Source: an uncultured archaeon
GTDB lineage: Archaea; Asgardarchaeota; Hermodarchaeia; Hermodarchaeales; Hermodarchaeaceae
NCBI GenBank assembly: GCA_964347045.1
Contig: CAYFXC010000004.1
Span: forward strand, 1 to 64,000
DNA: 64,000 bases
Reading direction: 5' to 3'
Numbering within the stretch: position 1 is the first letter of the stretch; every line of letters starts with the position of its first letter. The notes under the pieces were generated by a model. It searched no databases. It was not told the origin of the DNA and saw only the letters and a program-made list of their open reading frames with translations. The position numbers and the translations under genes were made by a program. This document shows, in pieces, positions 8,331 through 18,200 of the stretch.

Positions 8331-8951
8331 CTATAATGATGGGACACTATTTTCAACCGTAGAGATTGAAGAGCTCTTTTGTTTTCGGAATCGATTCAGC
8401 AGAGGAACAGCGAGATAGTAGCGTATAAGCAGATAGAGTGCAAGAAAAACGCCTACAAACCCAACGGCCATGGCGGCAAAGTAAACGAAAACAGAAAGGA
8501 GACTAGGTAGATAAGAGAAGTTGTAAGGGATCCCCAAAAGGTGGAGAAGGAGAAGAATACCGAAAGCCGAAAGGGAAGAGACGGGTATGACGATGACAGG
8601 TATGAGTGCAGCAGTAATGAGGATAATTGAGACAATGATGCCACCAATGGCCAAAAGCACGATCATTGGATCAAGTGGAATCCCCCTCTGTCCAACAAGT
8701 AAGAGTACATTTTCGTTGATATTGACGACAAGAGTAAGAACCAAAGCCGCCATGCAAGTGCCAATAAGCCAGCTGAATAAGTATTGAAACCAGGATGCTT
8801 GTTGGGGTTCGACACCAAAGAGTGAACGAAACGACTCGTTGTATTTAAAAACCCAAGGAATGTGTTGGCGGATTATGAGTACCAATATAGATCCACTAGT
8901 GAGGATGACAGTAGTAATCAGTAACCAGGTTTGATGAAGAGCCAGGCTCAT
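8331..8951 (-). CDS. Hypothetical polytopic membrane protein
   Basis: About 5 hydrophobic segments. Confidence 0.6.
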   Translation of the reverse strand: MSLALHQTWLLITTVILTSGSILVLIIRQHIPWVFKYNESFRSLFGVEPQQASWFQYLFSWLIGTCMAALVLTLVVNINENVLLLVGQRGIPLDPMIVLLAIGGIIVSIILITAALIPVIVIPVSSLSAFGILLLLHLLGIPYNFSYLPSLLSVFVYFAAMAVGFVGVFLALYLLIRYYLAVPLLNRFRKQKSSSISTVENSVPSL

Positions 8952-9125
8952 GTTTGATCACATCATTTTATTGAAGACTTGGATGAAATAAGTTCTCTAA
9001 AAGTTTACGTGTTGTGAATCCTAGCAATTTAAGGTTGGAAAAGGGAGTGCAAGCGGAATTTATAAACTGTTGTGCCAAATATGAGGTATTGCAGCGGAGT
9101 ACTACTGGATATCGGAGGAATACTC

Positions 9126-9512
9126 ATGCCTTCCACGTTAGATTCGCTCACAGAAATTTTAGAAGAACTAAACAAAACAGGTCGAGTAAAGGCAAGTATT
9201 GTCGCAACTGATGAGGGATTTGTTATTGCTTCAGCTGTTAGGCGCGGGGTCGATGAAAAGGTCGCGGCAGCTATGGGAAGTTTTGTTTTCAATACCGCGG
9301 ATAGAGCAAGAGATGAACTCAAGTTAGGTAGGATTCGTGATATTACTATCCGGTGTGAAAAGGGTTCATTAGTTTGTAAGTCGACCTTCTTAGAGGATGA
9401 ACGTCCGGTTGTTTTAGCAGCATTGGTTCCTCGAACCACAAGATTCTACATTCGAGAAGTTAACAAAGCCCTACGAGAAATCCGGGAAGTACTTCGAGAG
9501 CTGGAGATTTAA
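9126..9512 (+). CDS. Roadblock/LC7 domain protein
   Basis: VKASIVATDEGFVIAS…VAAAM…A.RA..EL..G; GGAGG RBS before ATG 9126. Confidence 0.9.
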   Translation: MPSTLDSLTEILEELNKTGRVKASIVATDEGFVIASAVRRGVDEKVAAAMGSFVFNTADRARDELKLGRIRDITIRCEKGSLVCKSTFLEDERPVVLAALVPRTTRFYIREVNKALREIREVLRELEI

Positions 9513-9584
9513 CTTCATCAGAAGTTTAAGATCCAAGACGGTTAGGGGTGATATTGTCTGGACTCAAGGATTAATGAAGAACAG

Positions 9585-10289
9585 GTGCTCTCCTCGATCA
9601 ACAATGGATCCCAGCTTCGAAGCTTCTTGCTTGCAACCAAGGGTCAAACATCGTTTGAAACCTTTCAACTTCCAAAGATTGCCCAAGATCCAATTTTTCT
9701 TCATTCCCTAGAATCGGTGCACCTAATCCAAAAAAAGGAGCACCATTGGCTATTTCCTGGCTATGCTAAGGTTCGAGTGGCAATTCGTGCGTTACAATTA
9801 GGTGAGTCAAATCGACTGATACTTACATCCTTGACGTGGCAGGAGTTTGAGGAATTTGTAGCGCAGATACTTTCAGCTCATGGTTTCCAAGTTCGACATC
9901 GATTTCGATATACGACAACCCGCCGATATGAAATCGACATTCTCGCAGGACGTCAGCCGGTGTTATTTTGTATTGATTGCAAACAGTATGGAGTGCGATT
10001 AGGAAAAGCTGCAAGCCTTAGAACGGCCTCTGAAGAACAATTCCAACGGACTCAAGCTCTTGCGCGAAATTTCGTAAAATTCCAAGCAGATCTCGGTTTT
10101 TTGGATTGGCCAGACATTATCCTAATTCCAATGCTTGTGACCTTACTTACTGAGGACATTCAATTTCATGATCGAGTTCCCATAATTCCTGCGTCTCTTT
10201 TCAATGCCTTTCTTCTCGGGTATGAAGAACAGATGGATACTTTATGCACTATTCAACCTAATTTAGGACGGCAACAACGCCTTATTTGA
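9585..10289 (+). CDS. Mrr-like PD-(D/E)xK endonuclease
   Basis: WQEFEEFVAQIL…EIDILA…IDCKQY. Confidence 0.8.
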   Translation: MLSSINNGSQLRSFLLATKGQTSFETFQLPKIAQDPIFLHSLESVHLIQKKEHHWLFPGYAKVRVAIRALQLGESNRLILTSLTWQEFEEFVAQILSAHGFQVRHRFRYTTTRRYEIDILAGRQPVLFCIDCKQYGVRLGKAASLRTASEEQFQRTQALARNFVKFQADLGFLDWPDIILIPMLVTLLTEDIQFHDRVPIIPASLFNAFLLGYEEQMDTLCTIQPNLGRQQRLI

Positions 10290-10629
10290 GAAGCCGAGGA
10301 CTTCCTCCATTTTTCGCAATTGCACAGTTTAGAATCCAAAGAAAATCTTCAAGAAGGACCAACATGCGATCCAAGTTTTGATGCGACCTAGATGTAAGCA
10401 TTGAACCACTTTCGTTGATAATAGCATGTCCTTCATCGATAAGGAAAGCTTGAATTAGTTCAAGATTATGGAAAAGAGTATCAAGTTGGCTAAGCCGGTC
10501 TTGAATAATTCTTTTCTCTCCAATACCACGTCCTGGTCCCCGACGCTTTCGCTGTTTGGTGAACTTTTCCAATTCGATAATTTTTGATGCTGTGGGAGTT
10601 TCAAGGGGTTTGGTCATTTTAATCCTCAT
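10282..10629 (-). CDS. Hypothetical protein
   Basis: Begins 10 nt downstream of 10639..12402 on the same strand. Confidence 0.5.
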   Translation of the reverse strand: MRIKMTKPLETPTASKIIELEKFTKQRKRRGPGRGIGEKRIIQDRLSQLDTLFHNLELIQAFLIDEGHAIINESGSMLTSRSHQNLDRMLVLLEDFLWILNCAIAKNGGSPRLLK

Positions 10630-10638
10630 AGAAATTAA

Positions 10639-12402
10639 TTAGCTTGTAAATTGAATGCGTTCGTTTTCCAGTAGATCTCGGTTTTGAGATTCCACATGGT
10701 CAAAAGCTGTTGGGAAGTATTCTCGGAACCATTGCCATTGTCCCATTTCGAAATTAAATTTACAACGCTGACGAACTTGAGGAATGATGAAATCTTTTGC
10801 ACCGTTTCCATAGAATATCGCAGCGTCGAATTCATTCTGTTCTAGAAACAGATGATTGAGCTCTCGACCTACTCTGATAGCTACTCCGGTGGGTAACCCA
10901 AAGGCAACTATACATCCAGGTGTAGGATGTTTGAATACTGATCCACCGAATAGAGGTGCTTCTCGACAGCCAGCTAGGAAATTCCAAACGATCTCATCAC
11001 TTCCTTCAAGGATTATGAATAGCGTTTCATTTAATCCAAGATGATACATGGATAAATCGGGGCGATCAAAGAGTACTTGCTGTTTGAAAAGCGACTTGAG
11101 GTGACGACGGATTACATGAACAGATTCTCCAAGGAGAAGCGCCAAATCCTCTGCTGTATTAACCGGGGTGACGTGGGCTAAGAGACGATAGGCAATAGGG
11201 TCCAAATCTGCTGGTTCAATATTGGGCTCATCATATTCGTAAATATAAGGTTGGGTTAACACTTCGCCGTAACCTTCTTGAATTAGCACATCTCGTATGT
11301 ATCGAATCCATGCGACCCAACGAAACCGTTCTGCAATGGGGATATCAGCTTTGTGGGCAAGATAACTTCGGAGATTATAACCATTGAAGACGCCACTCAA
11401 TTGATAAAAGCGATACCGGGTTAGATGCCCAAGACTAACGAGCTCTTGAAGCCATTCTTGAAGCCGTCGAATACGTAAACGGGGAAGCGTATAGCTAAGG
11501 AGATAGGGTGCCCCAGTTCCACCGAACTTGTGAGTTTTTCGAAGATATGGACATTCCTCTAAGTACCGAGATAAACGATTCCCTGGAGCAGGATAGGCAA
11601 GAACCGCTACATGATTCAAGCGTATCCGAGGGTAATTCACACGATAAAACTTAGAGAGGAGTAATTTCTCTCGAAATTTAGTCATATAATTACTTAGTGA
11701 CCCAATAGAGTATGAGGAGATTTTTTGTAATTCACGGAGAGAAGCGGTTGGGTTTTCTTGGATCAGGTGAAGGACTAGCAATTCTTGCTCATTCAGAGGC
11801 GACGCATAGTTTAACATGAACGTTTCGAGTAAATCGACATATTCACGTGATGAGAGTGGCTTAAACGCAGGTTCAAGCTCATCAAAAAAAGGGAGTATAC
11901 GACGAAGAAAAGTTCCCTGGGTTACACGATTGAAAAGGGGAAAGGAAAATGGAGCATTATATTCAACATCTCCGTAGTACCGACTTGGAGATACCACTTG
12001 CCATAGTTTCAAAAATGATTCATGATTGTTCTCGTTGGTATGTTGATATGCACACAGAAGTCCCAAGTCACCACTTTCGGGCACAACTTTGACAACAGGG
12101 GGAAGCATGATGGTATACATTTCTCGGTAAAGGACAGTTTCAAGAAGAAGAGGACGATTTACAAGTTGTGATGCTATACTCAATTTCTTCTCTTCATAAT
12201 TTCCACAAAACCGTGGACTAATTAGAGCATCATCTTCATAAAACTGGATTCGATTTGGTAATGGCGGAACACGCCCTGTTAATCGCATAATCTTGGTCTG
12301 AATAGTTTTCAGCCGTTTTTTGATTTCGTGTCGGTGGTGTCGACGTTGATTTGCACTGAGCTGTTTTTTCCTAGGCTGTTGTGTACGTGTCGTCTTTGCC
12401 AA
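10639..12402 (-). CDS. Large multi-domain wHTH / Lrp-AsnC-like putative DNA-binding protein
   Basis: Two wHTH segments (NPTASLRELQKISSYSIGSL; TAEDLALLLGESVHVIRRHL), each followed by an alpha/beta RAM-like region; basic N-terminus. Confidence 0.6.
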   Translation of the reverse strand: MAKTTRTQQPRKKQLSANQRRHHRHEIKKRLKTIQTKIMRLTGRVPPLPNRIQFYEDDALISPRFCGNYEEKKLSIASQLVNRPLLLETVLYREMYTIMLPPVVKVVPESGDLGLLCAYQHTNENNHESFLKLWQVVSPSRYYGDVEYNAPFSFPLFNRVTQGTFLRRILPFFDELEPAFKPLSSREYVDLLETFMLNYASPLNEQELLVLHLIQENPTASLRELQKISSYSIGSLSNYMTKFREKLLLSKFYRVNYPRIRLNHVAVLAYPAPGNRLSRYLEECPYLRKTHKFGGTGAPYLLSYTLPRLRIRRLQEWLQELVSLGHLTRYRFYQLSGVFNGYNLRSYLAHKADIPIAERFRWVAWIRYIRDVLIQEGYGEVLTQPYIYEYDEPNIEPADLDPIAYRLLAHVTPVNTAEDLALLLGESVHVIRRHLKSLFKQQVLFDRPDLSMYHLGLNETLFIILEGSDEIVWNFLAGCREAPLFGGSVFKHPTPGCIVAFGLPTGVAIRVGRELNHLFLEQNEFDAAIFYGNGAKDFIIPQVRQRCKFNFEMGQWQWFREYFPTAFDHVESQNRDLLENERIQFTS

Positions 12403-12692
12403 GCCATGATTCGCCCCCTGCTCGGCAATTGCCCTATGAAAGGGCGAAAATTCCCTGAAAGGTATTTAAAGTCCACGATTGATGTTAAAAGAACAAAGGA
12501 AAATCAATTAAACCAGCTATTTAAGTTAGATTAGACCCAAAAAATCATTTAAAGCGTTTTTAGTAGAGTTGGAAGAAAAATAACAGCTTAGAAAACAATG
12601 AGCATCATCTCTTTTCTTGAGCTATCGTCGCTGATGAGATAATTCTTTCAAATGGAAAAATTATCCCAAGATATTACTATCATAAAAAAGAA

Positions 12693-13658
12693 CTATTGCT
12701 GGGTTCGTCGAGTAAGGGGATGGACTTCGCAAGTTCTATTTTTACAAGTTGTGCATTCTGAACTTTGATGAACCCAAAACTCATCAAATCGTTTGGTAAA
12801 TTGATCTACAAAATCAAAGTTGTTAGTCCATGTAGCTTGTTCACCGATTCCAGAAAGGCCTTTGGCTGTGAAATTGGCGCTGCCTTCGAGAACCTCTGTT
12901 TCATCTATGATGAGAGCTTTGATATGCATTTGTGCGCAGACTAGTATTTCGATATCAGGCGCATCTTGTAGGAGCGTTTCAACGGCTTCTTGAAAGTGTT
13001 TGGAAGCTGCCCCAAAAGCTTCAGGTTCACGAATAATAATTCGAACCTTTATGCCCTCTTTTGCTTTCTCAACCAACCGACCAATGAGGTTGACTTCGCA
13101 GGATTCGGTGCCAACGGTGACAGTCTTGACATCTGTTAAATTTTGAACCATGATTCGAATACTTCGGGTCGCTTTATCGAGCATTTCAGCGAGGGTGCAA
13201 GCAATAGAAATTCCATTAAGTAATTGATGATGGGGGAAACTTTCAATGGTTGAACTTTCAGGAGAAGGTTCGTCTTTGACTATATCACCAAGTTCTTCGG
13301 AAACTTCTTCTTCAGGGAGCAAAGTTTCTCTGTCATTATCAGACAAAGGTAGAGGAGGCTCCTCGCCTTCAGGGAAGAAACTATCTAGGGCATCCACAAG
13401 ACGTATGGGAAGAGGTTCTTCTTTCCGAAGTGCTTTGGTGATCTCAACTAGACTCCGTGCCCGTTGATAGGCAAGTTTTGAAGCAGATCCAGAGGAATGC
13501 TTTGCTATTTCATTGAAAGCTTCTGCAGCGTTAAGAGCCGCATTGGAAGCTCGTTGAAAATCACCCTGGCTCATGAACTTTCGAATTAAAAGCAAAGCCT
13601 CCTTTGCAACGCGACCAAGCCGAGTTGTAGTCACAAATAACCCTCTAATATTAATCAA
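12693..13658 (-). CDS. Phospholipase D (single HKD) domain protein with N-terminal MIT-like helical bundle and C-terminal C3H motif
   Basis: HIKALIIDETEVLEGSANFT; CTTCKNRTCEVH; acidic linker; likely start GTG 13634. Confidence 0.8.
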   Translation of the reverse strand: MINIRGLFVTTTRLGRVAKEALLLIRKFMSQGDFQRASNAALNAAEAFNEIAKHSSGSASKLAYQRARSLVEITKALRKEEPLPIRLVDALDSFFPEGEEPPLPLSDNDRETLLPEEEVSEELGDIVKDEPSPESSTIESFPHHQLLNGISIACTLAEMLDKATRSIRIMVQNLTDVKTVTVGTESCEVNLIGRLVEKAKEGIKVRIIIREPEAFGAASKHFQEAVETLLQDAPDIEILVCAQMHIKALIIDETEVLEGSANFTAKGLSGIGEQATWTNNFDFVDQFTKRFDEFWVHQSSECTTCKNRTCEVHPLTRRTQQ

Positions 13659-13872
13659 TGAAGTCTAGCATCAGAGCCATAAGAAGTTTGGCAACTTGAT
13701 TTTTTCATGATTCAAAGATTGGGAAGAAGTGAGTGAATAAAATGGAAGAAAACCCTGATAAACGATATGGAGGCTGGGATAACCATTAATTGTGCAAGTG
13801 ATAACTATCCCGCTGAAAAGGCGTTTTCGATTCATTGGGCTTCAATTTGACGACAGCCAAAGAGCTTCAACT

Positions 13873-14376
13873 TTACAAGAGAAAGAGGGTAAAAGCTCCG
13901 AGGCTTAAACCAATCAAGAGACAACCAAAGGTTGCAAGAGACCTTAAATTGAAGAGCGAAGGAAAAATTAGGAATGGAAGTGGAAAGAGGATTGGAAGAA
14001 AAATTAGAGTCCAAGCGTATGTATAAGGCCGGAGCAAATAGTTGATGATGATAAAAACGAATAGAAAAATCCCACTAAGACATAAACCTTGAATGAATCG
14101 CATTTTATCGCCTTTCTTTGAGGGTTTATTAGTCGTGGGAAGAGCCACTTGTGTAATTTGATACGGTGGGGTTGTAATAGCAGGATTAGCTGTTTGGTGA
14201 GAAGGCGTTGGGTTTTGATTGAGGACAACTAGTATTACTTGGTTATGAGGTGAAGCGGATTGAGAGCGTTTTCGACGTTTACGAAATATTCGAATTGCAA
14301 TCAATATCTCAAAGAAGAAAATGACAGGGATTAGGATTGTAAGACTCGTATACCAATTAATACTCATTGCGATCAT
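13873..14376 (-). CDS. Hypothetical membrane protein
   Basis: N-terminal TM, basic stretch, P/T-rich linker, three C-terminal TMs. Confidence 0.55.
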   Translation of the reverse strand: MIAMSINWYTSLTILIPVIFFFEILIAIRIFRKRRKRSQSASPHNQVILVVLNQNPTPSHQTANPAITTPPYQITQVALPTTNKPSKKGDKMRFIQGLCLSGIFLFVFIIINYLLRPYTYAWTLIFLPILFPLPFLIFPSLFNLRSLATFGCLLIGLSLGAFTLFLL

Positions 14377-14803
14377 CTTCTTGAAATCCCATCATCGGTA
14401 TGTATCGTGCCCTATGAGGGAAAATTGACTGCAAAAAAATCGGTTGAACCATTACTAATTGCAATATAAGAATGGGGGCTGTGAAACTAGGGAGAAGAGT
14501 GAGAAGACCCATTAGATGCATCTCAGTGACATGAGTGGCAAATTCTCGCTGCCCGCAGTCAGAGTTTGAGACATTGGTAACATAGGCATCGGAAAGAGGG
14601 GACGATTCAGATAGAGAAAGACAGTAAATATGTGATAGAGAAAGGGCGGCTTCTTGTAACCAAGTCTCAGGGAAAGTAGGGCTTGCAGATGTAGACAAGT
14701 CACGGGTAGTACAAAATGAGGTAATGCTACGGAGCAGCAGAATAATGGTTACCACCTTCATGATAGGGAGGCATCTCATGGGTTCTTCGATGTGCTGGCG
14801 CAA
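14357..14803 (-). CDS. Hypothetical protein (uncertain)
   Basis: Only sizeable ORF in the interval; overlaps the next gene by 20 nt; no recognisable motif. Confidence 0.3.
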   Translation of the reverse strand: MRQHIEEPMRCLPIMKVVTIILLLRSITSFCTTRDLSTSASPTFPETWLQEAALSLSHIYCLSLSESSPLSDAYVTNVSNSDCGQREFATHVTEMHLMGLLTLLPSFTAPILILQLVMVQPIFLQSIFPHRARYIPMMGFQEDDRNEY

Positions 14804-14929
14804 TTTGAGTCATTTATATGCGTTCCGGTGAGCCATACAACCAAGCTTAGGGAAGGGTACATTGGACAAAACGATGTTTTAAATAGTAACCAAAAAAATC
14901 GGATAATCCTGGTCACAGGTGAAATGATA

Positions 14930-15175
14930 ATGGCAAAAGTTCCGGATACTCCAGAAAATCTGGAAATCTGCAAGCGATTCTGTGGACCATGTCCCACCTT
15001 CACACCCAACGAACTGAATAAAATACCACCAAACGCGCTCTTCTGTGCACGAGGTACATCAGAAAAACCCGCAAGGGAAATTAAAGATAAAGGGTGCTTC
15101 TGTTTTGGTTGTGAAGTTTTTCAAAAATACAAGATTAGTGGTGGTTGGTTCTGCATGCACGGTTTTGAGGGGTGA
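14930..15175 (+). CDS. DUF2769 family Cys-rich small protein
   Basis: C…CGPCPTF…LFCARG…GCFCFGCEV…WFC; GGTGA RBS at 14918-14922. Confidence 0.8.
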   Translation: MAKVPDTPENLEICKRFCGPCPTFTPNELNKIPPNALFCARGTSEKPAREIKDKGCFCFGCEVFQKYKISGGWFCMHGFEG

Positions 15176-15235
15176 AAATAGCCCCCACCATTTTTTTCAA
15201 CTGAAATAACAGATGGTTCGTCTCTTCTGGTTATA

Positions 15236-18200
15236 TTAGTCATCATTCAAATTGGGCGAATCATTAGGTCGTTGTTCAGACAAAGATTGGTCAATTGATT
15301 GTAAACGATTGATTGATGAATTTGTGAATACACTTTGATTCGGTTTAATACCCTTGAGAAATTCGTTTAGCTGTTTCTGGAGCCGCATAAACACGATAAC
15401 ACCGACAAGTAAGCCAATAATCATAACAGCAACCGAGCCTAAAAGTAGAGGATTAAAAAGACCACCAACTACGTTTTGCGGATAATGAACTAATAATATG
15501 GTTTTTGCTAGGCTAGGAGCAAATCCTCGTTCCCCATTGAAACGAGCTGCTACTGAATAAAGTCCTGGTTGGGGAGTGTTGATTATTATCAGACTTGACC
15601 CAGTGACGTCCGTTTCAATCTCTAGGGTAACAAGAAGGACGTCATCTTGGGAATGAATTTGAATAGATAAATTCGCTGACAGCCCATAGGAATAGGTACC
15701 ATTGATGTATGAAAGATGTACTGTAATAAGTAGAGTCGGTTGTAACAAAGGATCAGCTATCTCAGGGGGATCAACTGCTATCGTGATCGACGGCGTGATA
15801 ATTTTTCGTACATAGATATGCAAAGCTGTGGAGGATTCAGAATATGAATCTGGAGTATCCAAATGTCCGAAAAGAATAACGATCAAATGGTCACCTGTAG
15901 ATTCCGAATAGAGGATTGGAATTTTGATACTTCCAAATCCTTGAGTAATTAGGATGTTATCTCGCCAGATTCCGTCCCAGAATACAGAGGCTGTTCCGTT
16001 GGGATTAGCAGAATTTAAGGCAACTATTTTGACGTCTATGTCGATTGTTTCTCCCAGATAGAGCTGTGTAGTGTTACTTGTTGCGCTAAGCGTGGTGGTA
16101 TCTCGTACTAGGTATATTAGAGGTGAGGAAATCCATGACTCATAGGTTGCGGTGCCCATGATTTCGATATGCAATTCTCGGAATCCGACAGGAGCGGATG
16201 TAAGCCACTGACAAATGGCTTTACCGTTTACATCAGTTGTGGCAGTATCGAGTAGCATACTATTTTCATAAAGATCAATTTGCAAATTCGCAAGGAAGGA
16301 TCCATTGAGACTATCAGAAACCTCAACCTGAATAAAACTTTGATTACCCAAATAGAGAACGGATGATGGGAGGAGTGTAACAAAACAAGCAAGCGGTCGA
16401 CCTTTAACTTGAACCAGTGTTACATTCTGACAAGCGCCAAACATGTCTTGTCCTGAAAATGTATAGACAATCGTCCATTCGCCGATCTCATTTGGTATCC
16501 ATGTGCAAGATGCTAGACCATTTTCATCTGTGATACTAGAAACTGAGTGAAATGGAAGTGCTTCAGTTGGGCGAGTAATGTTGAATATTATTTGATAGCC
16601 ACCTAGAGAAATTCCGGTGCCATTCCGAAGCTCAATTACTAAAGAAGTAGGATCAAATAAAACAGGCGCCGAAGGATAGATTTGTTTCGAGTATAGGTGC
16701 GTATCAAATACAACGACCGAAATTAGTAGAGTTTCGGTGTAAAAGGAACAGAAGGGGACAGTGGCATTGATGCGAAGAATGTGATTTGTGGGTGTTAGAT
16801 TGTGAGTAGAAATGAAGGCAAAATATTGATTTGATCTTTGGAGAGAAGCTTGGTAAGTATCAGATGTTGTTTCAACAGTGATGGTGACATTTCCGTTGAT
16901 GAGCGGTGTAGAAAAATTGGTGGCACCATCAAAACCCAATTGCATAGTTACATTTAGTGGAATGCTTCGAGGTACCCTTGTACTAGGTGATAACACCGTT
17001 TGTAAAGCAATTGTACCCCATCCGGTGAAAATGGTGGGAATATGAATGTAATTAGGTATGGCGCCAGGTGAATAAGCAGTGAGAGATAGATTTTGAGGTC
17101 CTAGACCACGTGGTGCATAGGGTATGACATCTTGATGTTCAAAGTATCCTAGAACGACTAGACTGCAAGAATCGATGAATGATGTGTTGAAGATTTGGGT
17201 TTGAACTTGGAGAGTAGGAGGGAGATATCCCCAGCGAATTTCGGTCACATATGCAGAAAAGGTGATATTTTGACCTAGTGGGAGGGTACCAGTGGGGTAA
17301 GTGATTTCTGTGAGGTTCAGTATTGGACTAACGTCAAGGTGTGTGACAAGCTGCAAACGATGAATCAGTTGTAAGGCTAGATTTACGAGGTGGGGCATCC
17401 ATTTTCTTGGAGGAAGTGATAAATCATTGACTAGCCCATCGAAGGAGAAGGCGTTGATAAGGTCTGTTTTAATGCTGGTCCAATTATGAAGATTGAAGGC
17501 ATCTGGTTTGAGGCCTGATTCAACTAGGAAATGCAGAATTTCTGTAGCATAATAGGTAGTAATCAAAGAGGGATTTTTTTGTAGAAAACTTAATGCATAT
17601 GTAGCTAGTTTTTGTCCATCGAGATTGGATAGTAAGGGATTGAGATAGGCGTAAGCTTGTAAGCCCATCCAGGTTTCAGCTAGATAATCTTTAGCGTCTC
17701 GCCAAGGCGCCGGAATTGAAACTGTTTGCGTGATGTCATAAAAATACTGATGTGTTGAGTTGGTTTGTAAGCAGCGAATTAAATAAGAAACAACTGATGA
17801 AGCGTTTTTGAGATCTACGGGTTGTCCACCTAGAATTTGATGGGCTATAAGATTCCAACAGGTAGTGTCGAATCGGAAGGTAAAATCACTTTCATGACCT
17901 ACGTAAAGATGATGGAGTCCTAGCATTCCTGAATATTCCAGAACCTCAGATTGACATGCTTCGATTTCATGTCGAATTTGAGTTGCATATGTGGTCCACG
18001 GAGTTCCAGAGAGACCGAGAATTGAGATCAGCTGACTATATGCATAATGATAAAGAGGGCCAAAAGTACCGGCTTCCAAGAGTATTCGATCTGGAGTCGG
18101 TGAATCAGTATCAGTGCCAACAACGGACGGAAGTTGATGCGAGACAAACGAAGAACGGCTTTGGGACCAACAATTTTCAAGATATTTCAGAAAGGCAGTG

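Noticed and set aside
9585-13658. Defence island (Mrr-like nuclease plus PLD nuclease)
   Set aside because: No methyltransferase, helicase or ATPase partners and no mobility genes; the two genes are on opposite strands and separated
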